From Eledone cirrhosa (lineage: Eukaryota), in contig OZ024741.1 in NCBI GenBank assembly GCA_964016885.1, positions 249,984,001 through 250,048,000 of the forward strand: a stretch of 64,000 bases of DNA, given 5' to 3'. The notes under the pieces are model-generated. The model was not told where the DNA came from. It saw only the letters and a program-made list of their open reading frames with translations, and did not search any database. Positions 52,101-64,000 of the stretch are shown one piece after another. The position numbers and the translations under genes are program-made. The first letter of the stretch is position 1, and each line of letters starts with the position of its first letter.

Positions 52101-55100
52101 TTTTAAAAAAATCAGGCGGAGATAATTTGTAAACAAAAATCAGGGGGAGATAATTTGTAAAAAAAAATCAGGGGGAGATAATTTGTAAAAAAAATCAAGG
52201 GGAGATAATTTCCAGCCGTCCAAGGGGAGGTAATATCTAGCCATCCAAAGGGAGATAATTTCCAGCCGTCCAAGGGGAGATAATTTCCAGCCGTCCAAGG
52301 GGAGATAATATCCAGCCGTCCAAGGAGACATATTTTCCAGCCGTCCAAGGAGAGGTAATTTCTAGCCGTCCAAGGGGAGATAAGTTCCAGCCTCCAAGGG
52401 GAGATAATTTCCAGCCAGCCAAGGGGAGATAATTTGTAAAAAAATCAGGGGGAGATAATTTGTAAAAAAAAAATCAGGGGGAGATAATTTGTAAAAAAAT
52501 CAGGGGGAGATAATTTGTAAAAAAAAAATCAGGGGGAGATAATTTGTAGAAAAAATCAGGGGTTGATAATTTGTAAAAAAAATCAGGGGGAGATAATTTG
52601 TAAAAAAAATCAGGGGGAGATAATTTGTAAAAGAAATCAGGGGTAGATAATTTTCAGTCGTCCAAGGGGAGATAATTTCCATCCTTCCAAGGGGAGATAA
52701 TTTCCAGCCGTCCAAGGGGAGATAATTTCCCGCCAGCCAAGGAGAGATAACATTTAAAAAAATCAGGCGGAGATAATTTGTAAAAAAAATCAGGGGGAGA
52801 TAATTTGTAAAAAAATCAGGGGGAGATAATTTGTAAAAAAAATCAGGGGTAGATAATTTCCAGCCGTCCAAGGGGAGATAATTTCCATCCTTCCAAGGGG
52901 AGATAATTTCCAGCCGTCCAAGGGGAGATAATTTCCCGCCAGCCAAGGAGAGATAATATTTAAAAAAATCAGGCGGAGATAATTTGTAAAAAAAATCAGG
53001 GGGAGATAATTTGTAAAAAAAAATCAGGGGGAGATAATTTGTAAAAAAAATCAGGGGGAGATAATTTGTAAAAAAAAATCAGGGGTAGATAATTTGTAAA
53101 AAAAAATCAGGGGGAGATAATTTGTAAAAAAAAATCAGGGGGAGATAATTTGTAAAAAAATCAAAGGGAGATAATTTCCAGCCGTCCAAGGGGAGATAAT
53201 TTTCAGCCGTCCAAGGGGAGATAATTTCCAGCCGTCCAAGGGGAGATAATTTCCCGCCAGCCAAGGAGAGATAACATTTAAAAAAATCAGGCGGAGATAA
53301 TTTGTAAAAAAAATCAGGGGGAGATAATTTATAAAAAAATCAGGGGGAGATAATTTGTAAAAAAAATCAGGGGTAGATAATTTCCAGCCGTCCAAGGGGA
53401 GATAATTTCCATCCTTCCAAGGGGAGATAATTTCCAGCCGTCCAAGGGGAGATAATTTCCCGCCAGCCAAGGAGAGATAATATTTAAAAAAATCAGGCGG
53501 AGATAATTTGTAAAAAAAATCAGGGGGAGATAATTTGTAAAAAAATCAGGGGGAGATAATTTGTAAAAAAAAATCAGGGGGAGATAATTTGTAAAAAAAA
53601 TCAGGGGGAGATAATTTGTAAAAAAAATCAGGGGTAGATAATTTGTAAAAAAAAATCAGGGGGAGATAATTTGTAAAAAAAAAATCAGGGGGAGATAATT
53701 TGTAAAAAAATCAAGGGGAGATAATTTCCAGCCGTCCAAGGGGAGATAATTTTCAGCCGTCCAAGGAGAGGTAATTTCTAGCCGTCCAAGGGGAGATAAT
53801 TTCCAGCCGTCCAAGGGGAGATAATTTTTTTAAAAAAATCAGGCGGAGATAATTTGTAAACAAAAATCAGGGGGAGATAGTTTGTAAAAAAAAATCAGGG
53901 GGAGATAATTTGTTAAAAAAAATCAGGGGGAGATAATTTGTAAAAAAAATCAAGGGGAGATAATTTCCAGCCGTCCAAGGGGAGGTAATATCTAGCCATC
54001 CAAGGGGAGATAATTTCCAGCCGTCCAAGGGGAGATAATTTCCAGCCGTCCAAGGGGAGATAATATCCAGCCGTCCAAGGAGACATATTTTCCAGCCGTC
54101 CAAGGAGAGGTAATTTCTAGCCGTCCAAGGGGAGATAAGTTCCTGCCTCCAAGGGGAGATAATTTCCAGCCAGCCAAGGGGAGATAATTTGTAAAAAAAT
54201 CAGGGGGAGATAATTTGTAAAAAAAAAATCAGGGGGAGATAATTTGTAAAAAAATCAGGGGGAGATAATTTGTAAAAAAAAAATCAGGGGGAGATAATTT
54301 GTAAAAAAAATCAGGGGGAGATAATTTGTAGAAAAAATCAGGGGTAGATAATTTGTAAAAAAAATCAGGGGGAGATAATTTGTAAAAAAAATCAGGGGGA
54401 GATAATTTGTAAAAAAAATCAGGGGTAGATAATTTTCAGCCGTCCAAGGGGAGATAATTTCCATCCTTCCAAGGGGAGATAATTTCCAGCCGTCCAAGGG
54501 GAGATAATTTCCCGCCAGCCAAGGAGAGATAACATTTAAAAAAATCAGGCGGAGATAATTTGTAAATAAAATCAGGGGGAGATAATTTGTAAAAAAATCA
54601 GGGGGAGATAATTTGTAAAAAAAATCAGGGGTAGATAATTTCCAGCCGTCCAAGGGGAGATAATTTCCATCCTTCCAAGGGGAGATAATTTCCAGCCGTC
54701 CAAGGGGAGATAATTTCCCGCCAGCCAAGGAGAGATAATATTTAAAAAAATCAGGCGGAGATAATTTGTAAAAAAAATCAGGGGGAGATAATTTGTAAAA
54801 AAATCAGGGGGAGATAATTTGTAAAAAAAAATCAGGGGTAGGTAATTTGTAAAAAAAATCAGGGGGAGATAATTTGTAAAAAAAATCAGGGGTAGATAAT
54901 TTGTAAAAAAAAATCAGGGGGAGATAATTTGTAAAAAAAAAATCAGGGGGAGATAATTTGTAAAAAAAAAATCAGGGGGAGATAATTTGTAAAAAAATCA
55001 AGGGGAGATAATTTCCAGCCGTCCAAGGGGAGATAATTTTCAGCCTTCCAAGGAGAGGTAATTTCTAGCCGTCCAAGGGGAGATAATTTCCAGCCGTCCA

Positions 55101-58100
55101 AGGGGAGATAATTTTTTAAAAAAATCAGGCGGAGATAATTTGTAAACAAAAATCAGGGGGAGATAATTTGTAAAAAAAAATCAGGGGGAGATAATTTGTA
55201 AAAAAAAATCAGGGGGAGATAATTTGTAAAAAAAATCAAGGGGAGATAATTTCCAGCCGTCCAAGGGGAGGTAATATCTAGCCATCCAAGGGGAGATAAT
55301 TTCCAGCCGTCCAAGGGGAGATAATTTCCAGCCGTCCAAGGGGAGATAATATCCAGCCGTCCAAGGAGACATATTTTCCAGCCGTCCAAGGATAGGTAAT
55401 TTCTAGCCGTCCAAGGGGAGATAAGTTCCAGCCTCCAAGGGGAGATAATTTCCAGCCAGCCAAGGGGAGATAATTTGTAAAAAAATCAGGGGGAGATAAT
55501 TTGTAAAAAAAAAATCAGGGGGAGATAATTTGTAAAAAAATCAGGGGGAGATAATTTGTAAAAAAAAAATCAGGGGGAGATAATTTGTAAAAAAAATCAG
55601 GGGGAGATAATTTGTAAAAAAAATCAGGGGTAGATAATTTGTAAAAAAAATCAGGGGGAGATAATTTGTAAAAAAAATCAGGAGATAATTTGTAAAAAAA
55701 ATCAGGGGTAGATAATTTTCAGCCGTCCAAGGGGAGATAATTTCCATCCTTCCAAGGGGAGATAATTTCCAGCCGTCCAAGGGGAGATAATTTCCCGCCA
55801 GCCAAGGAGAGATAACATTTAAAAAAATCAGGCGGAGATAATTTGTAAAAAAATCAGGGGGAGATAATTTGTAAAAAAAAATCAGGGGGAGATAATTTGT
55901 AAAAAAAAATCAGGGGGTGATAATTTGTAAAAAAAAATCAGGGGGAGATAATTTGTAAAATAATCAAGGGGAGATAATTTCCAGCCGTCCAAGGGGAGAT
56001 AATTTTCAGCCGTCCAAGGAGAGGTAATTTCTAGCCGTCCAAGGGGAGATAATTTCCAGCCGTCCAAGGGGAGATAATTTTTTAAAAAAAATCAGGCGGA
56101 GATAATTTGTAAACAAAAATCAGGGGGAGATAATTTGTAAAAAAAAATCAGGGGGAGATAATTTGTAAAAAAAATCAAGGGGAGATAATTTCCAGCCGTC
56201 CAAGGGGAGGTAATATCTAGCCATCCAAGGGGAGATAATTTCCAGCCGTCCAAGGGGAGATAATTTCCAGCCGTCCAAGGGGAGATAATATCCAGCCGTC
56301 CAAGGAGACATATTTTCCAGCCGTCCAAGGAGACGTAATTTCTAGCCGTCCAAGGGGAGATAAGTTCCAGCCTCCAAGGGGAGATAATTTCCAGCCAGCC
56401 AAGGGGAGATAATTTGTAAAAAAATTAGGGGGAGATAATTTGTAAAAAAAAATCAGGGGGAGATAATTTGTAAAAAAAAATCAGGGGGAGATAATTTGTA
56501 AAAAATATCAAGGGGAGATAATTTCCAGCCCTCCAAGGGGCTATAATTTCCAGCCGTGCAAGGGGAGATAATTTCCAGCCGTCCAAGGGGAGATAATTTC
56601 CATCCTTCCAAGGGGAGATAATTTCCAGCCGTCCAAGGGGAGATAATTTCCCGCCAGCCAAGGGAAGATAATTTTTTAAAAAATCAGGCGGAGATTGTAA
56701 AAAAAATCAGGGGGAGATAATTTGTAAAAAAATCAGGGGGAGATAATTTGTAAAAAAAAAATCAGGGGGAGATAATTTGTAAAAAAAAATCAGGGGGAGA
56801 TAATTTGTAAAAAAAATCAGGGGGAGATAATTTGTAAAAAAAATCAGGGGTAGATAATTTGTAAAAAAAATCAGGGGGAGATAATTTGTAAAAAAAATCA
56901 GGGGGAGATAATTTGTAAAAAAAATCAGGGGTAGATAATTTTCAGCCGTCCAAGGGGAGATAATTTCCATCCTTCCAAGGGGAGATAATTTCCAGCCGTC
57001 CAAGGGGAGATAATTTCCCGCCAGCCAAGGAGAGATAACATTTAAAAAAATCAGGCGGAGATAATTTGTAAAAAAATCAGGGCGAGATAATTTGTAAAAA
57101 AAAATCAGGGGTAGATAATTTCCAGCCGTCCAAGGGGAGATAATTTCCATCCTTCCAAGGGGAGATAATTTCCAGCCGTCCAAGGGGAGATAATTTCCCG
57201 CCAGCCAAGGAGAGATAATATTTAAAAAAATCAGGCGGAGATAATTTGTAAAAAAAATCAGGGGGAGATAATTTGTAAAAAAATCAGGGGGAGATAATTT
57301 GTAAAAAAAAATCAGGGGGAGATAATTTGTAAAAAAAAATCAGGGGGAGATAATTTGTAAAAAAAAATCAGGGGTAGATAATTTGTAAAAAAAAATCAGG
57401 GTGAGATAATTTGTAAAAGAAAAATCAGGGGGAGATAATTTGTAAAAAAATCAAGGGGAGATAATTTCCAGCCGTCCAAGGGGAGATAATTTTCAGCCGT
57501 CCAAGGAGAGGTAATTTCTAGCCGTCCAAGGGGAGATAATTTCCAGCCGTCCAAGGGGAGATAATTTTTTTTAAAAAATCAGGCGGAGATAATTTGTAAA
57601 CAAAAATCAGGGGGAGATAATTTGTAAAAAAAAATCAGGGGGAGATAATTTGTAAAAAAAAATCAGGGGGAGATAATTTGTAAAAAAAATCAAGGGGAGA
57701 TAATTTGTCAAAAAAAATCAGGGGTAGATAATTTGTAAAAAAAAATCAGGGGGAGATAATTTGTAAAAAAAAATCAGGGGGAGATAATTTGTAAAAAAAT
57801 CAAGGGGAGATAATTTCCAGCCGTCCAAGGGGAGATAATTTTCAGCCGTCCAAGGAGAGGTAATTCCTAGCCGTCCAAGGGGAGATAATTTCCAGCCAGC
57901 CAAGGGGAGATAATTTGTAAAAAAATCAGGGGTAGATAATTTGTAAAAAAAAATCAGGGGGAGATAATTTGTAAAAAAAATCAGGGGGAGATAATTTGTA
58001 AAAAAAATCAGGGGTAGATAATTTCCAGCCGTCCAAGGGGAGATAATTTCCATCCTTCCAAGGGGAGATAATTTCCAGCCGTCCAAGGGGAGATAATTTC

Positions 58101-61100
58101 CCGCCAGCCAAGGAGAGATAACATTTGAAAAAATCAGGCGGAGATAATTTGTAAAAAAAATCAGGGGGAGATAATTTGTAAAAAAATCAGGGGGAGATAA
58201 TTTGTAAAAAAAATCAGGGGTAGATAATTTCCAGCCGTCCAAGGGGAGATAATTTCCATCCTTCCAAGGGGAGATAATTTCCAGCCGTCCAAGGGGAGAT
58301 AATTTCCCGCCAGCCAAGGAGAGATAATATTTAAAAAAATCAGGCGGAGATAATTTGTAAAAAAAATCAGGGGGAGATAATTTGTAAAAAAATCAGGGGG
58401 AGATAATTTGTAAAAAAAAATCAGGGGAGATAATTTGTAAAAAAAATCAGGGGGAGATAATTTGTAAAAAAAAATCAGGGGTAGATAATTTGTAAAAAAA
58501 AATCAGGGGGAGATAATTTGTAAAAAAAAAATCAGGGGGAGATAATTTGTAAAAAAATCAAGGGCAGATAATTTCCAGCCGTCCAAGGGGAGATAATTTT
58601 CAGCCGTCCAAGGAGGTAATTTCTAGCCGTCCAAGGGGAGATAATTTCCAGCCGTACAAGGGGAGATAATTTTTTTAAAAAAATCAGGCGGAGATAATTT
58701 GTAAACAAAAATCAGGGGGAGATAATTTGTAAAAAAAAATCAGGGGGAGATAATTTGTAAAAAAAAATCAGGGGGAGATAATTTGTAAAAAAAAATCAAG
58801 GGGAGATAATTTCCAGCCGTCCAAGGGGAGGTAATATCTAGCCATCCAAGGGGAGATAATTTCCAGCCGTCCAAGGGGAGATAATTTCCAGCCGTCCAAG
58901 GGGAGATAATATCCAGCCGTCCAAGGAGACATATTTTCCAGCCGTCCAAGGAGAGGTAATTTCTAGCCGTCCAAGGGGAGATAAGTTCCAGCCCCCAAGG
59001 GGAGATAATTTCCAGCCAGCCAAGGGGAGATAATTTGTAAAAAAATCAGGGGGAGATAATTTGTAAAAAAAAAATCAGGGGCAGATAATTTGTAAAAAAA
59101 TCAGGGGGAGATAATTTGTAAAAAAATCAGGGGGAGATAATTTGTAGAAAAAATCAGGGGTAGATAATTTTCAGCCGTCCAAGGGGAGATAATTTCCATC
59201 CTTCCAAGGGGAGATAATTTCCAGCCGTCCAAGGGGAGATAATTTCCCGCCAGCCAAGGAGAGATAACATTTAAAAAAATCAGGCGGAGATAATTTGTAA
59301 AAAAAATCAGGGGGAGATAATTTGTAAAAAAATCAGGGGGAGATAATTTGTAAAAAAAATCAGGGGTAGATAATTTCCAGCCGTCCAAGGGGAGATAATT
59401 TCCATCCTTCCAAGGGGAGATAATTTCCAGCCGTCCAAGGGGAGATAATTTCCCGCCAGCCAAGGAGAGATAATATTTAAAAAAATCAGGCGGAGATAAT
59501 TTGTAAAAAAAATCAGGTGGAGATAATTTGTAAAAAAATCAGGGGGAGATAATTTGTAAAAAAAAATCAGGGGGAGATAATTTGTAAAAAAAATCAGGGG
59601 GAGATAATTTGTAAAAAAAATCAGGGGTAGATAATTTGTAAAAAAAAATCAGGGGGAGATAATTTGTAAAAAAAAATCAGGGGGAGATAATTTGTAAAAA
59701 AATCAAGGGGAGATAATTTCCAGCCGTCCAAGGGGAGATAATTTTCAGCCGTCCAAGGAGAGGTAATTTCTAGCCGTCCAAGGGGAGATAATTTCCAGCC
59801 GTCCAAGGGGAGATAATTTTTTTAAAAAAATCAGGCGGAGATAATTTGTAAACAAAAATCAGGGGGAGATAATTTGTAAAAAAAAATCAGGGGGAGATAA
59901 TTTGTAAAAAAAAATCAGGGGGAGATAATTTGTAAAAAAAATCAAGGGGAGATAATTTCCAGCCGTCCAAGGGGAGGTAATATCTAGCCATCCAAGGGGA
60001 GATAATTTCCAGCCGTCCAAGGGGAGATATTTTCCAGCCGTCCAAGGAGAGGTAATTTCTAGCCGTCCAAGGGGAGATAAGTTCCTGCCTCCAAGGGGAG
60101 ATAATTTCCAGCCAGCCAAGGGGAGATAATTTGTAAAAAAATCAGGGGGAGATAATTTGTAAAAAAAAAATCAGGGGGAGATAATTTGTAAAAAAATCAG
60201 GGGGAGATAATTTGTAAAAAAAAAATCAGGGGGAGATAATTTGTAAAAAAAATCAGGGGGAGATAATTTGTAAAAAAAATCAGGGGTAGATAATTTGTAA
60301 AAAAAATCAGGGGGAGATAATTTGTAAAAAAAATCAGGGGGAGATAATTTGTAAAAAAAATCAGGGGTAGATAATTTTCAGCCCTCCAAGGGGAGATAAT
60401 TTCCATCCTTCCAAGGGGAGATAATTTCCAGCCGTCCAAGGGGAGATAATTTCCCGCCAGCCAAGGAGAGATAACATTTAAAAAAATCAGGCGGAGATAA
60501 TTTGTAAAAAAAATCAGGGGGAGATAATTTGTAAAAAAATTAGGGGGAGATAATTTGTAAAAAAAATCAGGGGTAGATAATTTCCAGCCGTCCAAGGGGA
60601 GATAATTTCCATCCTTCCAAGGGGAGATAATTTCCAGCCGTCCAAGGGGAGATAATTTCCCGCCAGCCAAGGAGAGATAATATTTAAAAAAATCAGGCGG
60701 AGATAATTTGTAAAAAAAATCAGGGGGAGATAATTTGTAAAAAAATCAGGGGGAGATAATTTGTAAAAAAAAATCAGGGGGAGATAATTTGTAAAAAAAA
60801 TCAGGGGGAGATAATTTGTAAAAAAAAATCAGGGGTAGATAATTTGTAAAAAAAAATCAGGTGGAGATAATTTGTAAAAAAAAATCAGGGGGAGATAATT
60901 TGTAAAAAAATCAAGGGGAGATAATTTCCAGCCGTCCAAGGGGAGATAATTTTCAGCCGTCCAAGGAGAGGTAATTTCTAGCCGTCCAAGGGGAGATAAT
61001 TTCCAGCCGTCCAAGGGGAGATAATTTTTTTTTAAAAATCAGGCGGAGATAATTTGTAAACAAAAATCAGGGGGAGATAATTTGTAAAAAAAAATCAGGG

Positions 61101-63896
61101 GGAGATAAATTGTAAAAAAAAATCAGGGGGAGATAATTTGTAAAAAAAATCAAGGGGAGATAATTTCCAGCCGTCCAAGGGGAGGTAATATCTAGCCATC
61201 CAAGGGGAGATAATTTCCAGCCGTCCAAGGGGAGATAATTTCCAGCCGTCCAAGGGGAGATAATATCCAGCCGTCCAAGGAGACATATTTTCCAGCCGTC
61301 CAAGGAGACGTAATTTCTAGCCGTCCAAGGGGAGATAAGTTCCAGCCTCCAAGGGGAGATAATTTCCAGCCAGCCAAGGGGAGATAATTTGTAAAAAAAT
61401 TAGGGGGAGATAATTTGTAAAAAAAAATTAGGGGGAGATAATTTGTAAAAAAAAATCAGGGGGAGATAATTTGTAAAAAAAAATCAGGGGGAGATAATTT
61501 GTAAAAAAAAATCAGGGGGAGATAATTTGTAAAAAAAAAATCAGGCGGAGATAATTTGTAAAAAAATCAAGGGGAGATAATTTCCAGCCGTCCAAGGGGA
61601 GATAATTTTCAGCCGTCCAAGGAGAGGTAATTTCTAGCCGTCCAAGGGGAGATAATTTCCAGCCGTCCAAGGGGAGATAATTTTTTTAAAAAAATCAGGC
61701 GGAGATAATTTGTAAACAAAAATCAGGGGGAGATAATTTGTAAAAAAAATCAGGGGGAGATAATTTGTAAAAAAAATCAGGGGGAGATAATTTGTAAAAA
61801 AAATCAAGGGGAGATAATTTGTAAAAAAAAATCAGGGGTAGATAATTTGTAAAAAAAAATCAGGGGGAGATAATTTGTAAAAAAAAAATCAGGGGGAGAT
61901 AATTTGTAAAAAAATCAAGGGGAGATAATTTCCAGCCGTCCAAGGGGAGATAATTTTAAGCCGTCCAAGGAGAGGTAATTTCTAGCCGTCCAAGGGGAGA
62001 TAATCTCCAGCCAGCCAAGGGGAGATAATTTGTAAAAAAATCAGGGGTAGATAATTTGTAAAAAAAAATCAGGGGGAGATAATTTGTAAAAAAAATCAGG
62101 GGGAGATAATTTGTAAAAAAAATCAGGGGTAGATAATTTCCAGCCGTCCAAGGGGAGATAATTTCCATCCTTCCAAGGGGAGATAATTTCCAGCCGTCCA
62201 AGGGGAGATAATTTCCCGCCAGCCAAGGAGAGATAACATTTAAAAAAATCAGGCGGAGATAATTTGTAAAAAAAATCAGGGGGAGATAATTTGTAAAAAA
62301 ATCAGGGGGAGATAATTTGTAAAAAAAATCAGGGGTAGATAATTTCCAGCCGTCCAAGGGGAGATAATTTCCATCCTTCCAAGGGGAGATAATTTCCAGC
62401 CGTCCAAGGGGAGATAATTTCCCGCCAGCCAAGGAGAGATAATATTTAAAAAAATCAGGCGGAGATAATTTGAAAAAAAAATCAGGGGGAGATAATTTGT
62501 AAAAAAATCAGGGGGAGATAATTTGTAAAAAAAAATCAGGGGAGATAATTTGTAAAAAAAATCAGGGGGTGATAATTTGTAAAAAAAATCAGGGGTAGAT
62601 AATTTGTAAAAAAAAATCAGGGGGAGATAATTTGTAAAAAAAAAATCAGGGGGAGATAATTTGTAAAAAAATCAAGGGGAGATAATTTCCAACCGTCCAA
62701 GGGGAGATAATTTTCAGCCGTCCAAGGAGGTAATTTCTAGCCGTCCAAGGGGAGATAATTTCCAGCCGTCCAAGGGGAGATAATTTTTTTAAAAAAATCA
62801 GGCGGAGATAATTTGTAAACAAAAATCAGGGGGAGATAATTTGTAAAAAAAAATCAGGGGGAGATAATTTGTAAAAAAAATCAAGGGGAGATAATTTCCA
62901 GCCGTCCAAGGGGAGGTAATATCTAGCCATCCAAAGGGAGATAATTTCCAGCCGTCCAAGGGGAGATAATTTCCAGCCGTCCAAGGGGAGATAATATCCA
63001 GCCGTCCAAGGAGACATATTTTCCAGCCGTCCAAGGAGAGGTAATTTCTAGCCGTCCAAGGGGAGATAAGTTCCAGCCTCCAAGGGGAGATAATTTCCAG
63101 CCAGCCAAGGGGAGATAATTTGTAAAAAAATCAGGGGGAGATAATTTGTAAAAAAAAAATCAGGGGGAGATAATTTGTAAAAAAATCAGGGGGAGATAAT
63201 TTGTAAAAAAAAAATCAGGGGGAGATAATTTGTAGAAAAAATCAGGGGTTGATAATTTGTAAAAAAAATCAGGGGGAGATAATTTGTAAAAAAAATCAGG
63301 GGGAGATAATTTGTAAAAGAAATCAGGGGTAGATAATTTTCAGTCGTCCAAGGGGAGATAATTTCCATCCTTCCAAGGGGAGATAATTTCCAGCCGTCCA
63401 AGGGGAGATAATTTCCCGCCAGCCAAGGAGAGATAACATTTAAAAAAATCAGGCGGAGATAATTTGTAAAAAAAATCAGGGGGAGATAATTTGTAAAAAA
63501 ATCAGGGGGAGATAATTTGTAAAAAAAATCAGGGGTAGATAATTTCCAGCCGTCCAAGGGGAGATAATTTCCATCCTTCCAAGGGGAGATAATTTCCAGC
63601 CGTCCAAGGGGAGATAATTTCCCGCCAGCCAAGGAGAGATAATATTTAAAAAAATCAGGCGGAGATAATTTGTAAAAAAAATCAGGGGGAGATAATTTGT
63701 AAAAAAAAATCAGGGGGAGATAATTTGTAAAAAAAATCAGGGGGAGATAATTTGTAAAAAAAAATCAGGGGTAGATAATTTGTAAAAAAAAATCAGGGGG
63801 AGATAATTTGTAAAAAAAAATCAGGGGGAGATAATTTGTAAAAAAATCAAAGGGAGATAATTTCCAGCCGTCCAAGGGGAGATAATTTTCAGCCGT
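42524..63896 (+). repeat. Near-perfect tandem duplication of a 10,687-bp unit (42524-53210 and 53211-63896)
   Basis: ORF pairs 43180/53867 through 48053/58740 are +10687, and later pairs are +10686. Private variants are shared: GTAATTCCTAG 47173/57860, CCGTACAAG 47969/58656, CAGCCCCC 48307/58994, GGTTGAT 52564/63250. Confidence 0.93.
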
Positions 63897-64000
63897 CCAA
63901 GGAGAGGTAATTTCTAGCCGTCCAAGGGGAGATAATTTCCAGCCGTCCAAGGGGAGATAATTTTTTTAAAAAAATCAGGCGGAGATAATTTGTAAACAAA

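Larger units (their letters stand above)
1..64000. repeat. Composite satellite DNA array of two related short monomers (25-bp type A, 26-29-bp type B) with higher-order structure; runs off both ends of the window
   Basis: The core GGRGAGATAATTT, or a 1-4 nt variant of it, recurs every 23-29 bp from the first line to the last, always on the + strand. No non-repeat sequence was seen. Confidence 0.99.

Noticed and set aside
176-63950. Numerous minus-strand ORFs of 61-200 aa (NYLPLDGWKLSPLGRLEIISPW and TNYLPLIFF repeats)
   Set aside because: These are translations of the satellite. The minus strand of A has no stop in any frame and B has TGA in only one, while the + strand has TAA in each core. 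Most starts are non-ATG, the ORFs overlap in all frames, and A-tract length changes shift frame freely.
1-64000. CRISPR-like repeat-spacer array
   Set aside because: The constant part is only ~13 bp and the 'spacers' are two recurring 12-16 bp tails, not unique sequences. There is no leader and there are no cas genes.
1-64000. Plasmid iteron or viral origin repeat region; canonical G-quadruplex array; CENP-B box
   Set aside because: There is no replication gene, and the size far exceeds iteron clusters. G-run loops are over 20 nt. No TTCG-N4-A-N2-CGGG motif was seen.
1-64000. Purely synthetic or sequencing-artefact concatemer
   Set aside because: Hierarchically shared SNPs and structural variants form a consistent genealogy, as expected for a natural satellite. 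Individual large duplications could still be assembly errors.

Overview
The entire 64 kb is one uninterrupted, head-to-tail, single-orientation satellite DNA array. I see no credible gene, RNA gene, transposon or CRISPR array, and no unique flank. It is built from two monomer types that share a ~13-bp core (GGGGAGATAATTT) and differ in the tail. Type A is 25 bp (CCAAGGGGAGATAATTTCCAGCCGT, 52% GC). Type B is 26-29 bp (TCAGGGGGAGATAATTTGT plus A7-10, ~30% GC). There are about 2,400 monomers (64,000 / ~26.2 bp). They are arranged in alternating blocks that form a ~1,257-bp, 48-monomer higher-order repeat (A9-B9-A4-B4-A4-B9-A4-B5) with position-specific variants. Variant HORs are re-duplicated at offsets of 206 bp, 3,188 bp, ~4.4 kb, ~10.4-10.7 kb and ~22.2-22.4 kb. 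Several junctions can be located, one of them to a 7-bp window. All listed ORFs are by-products of the repeat. The architecture resembles eukaryotic centromeric/pericentromeric or other heterochromatic satellite, but I cannot identify the organism, family or function from sequence alone.
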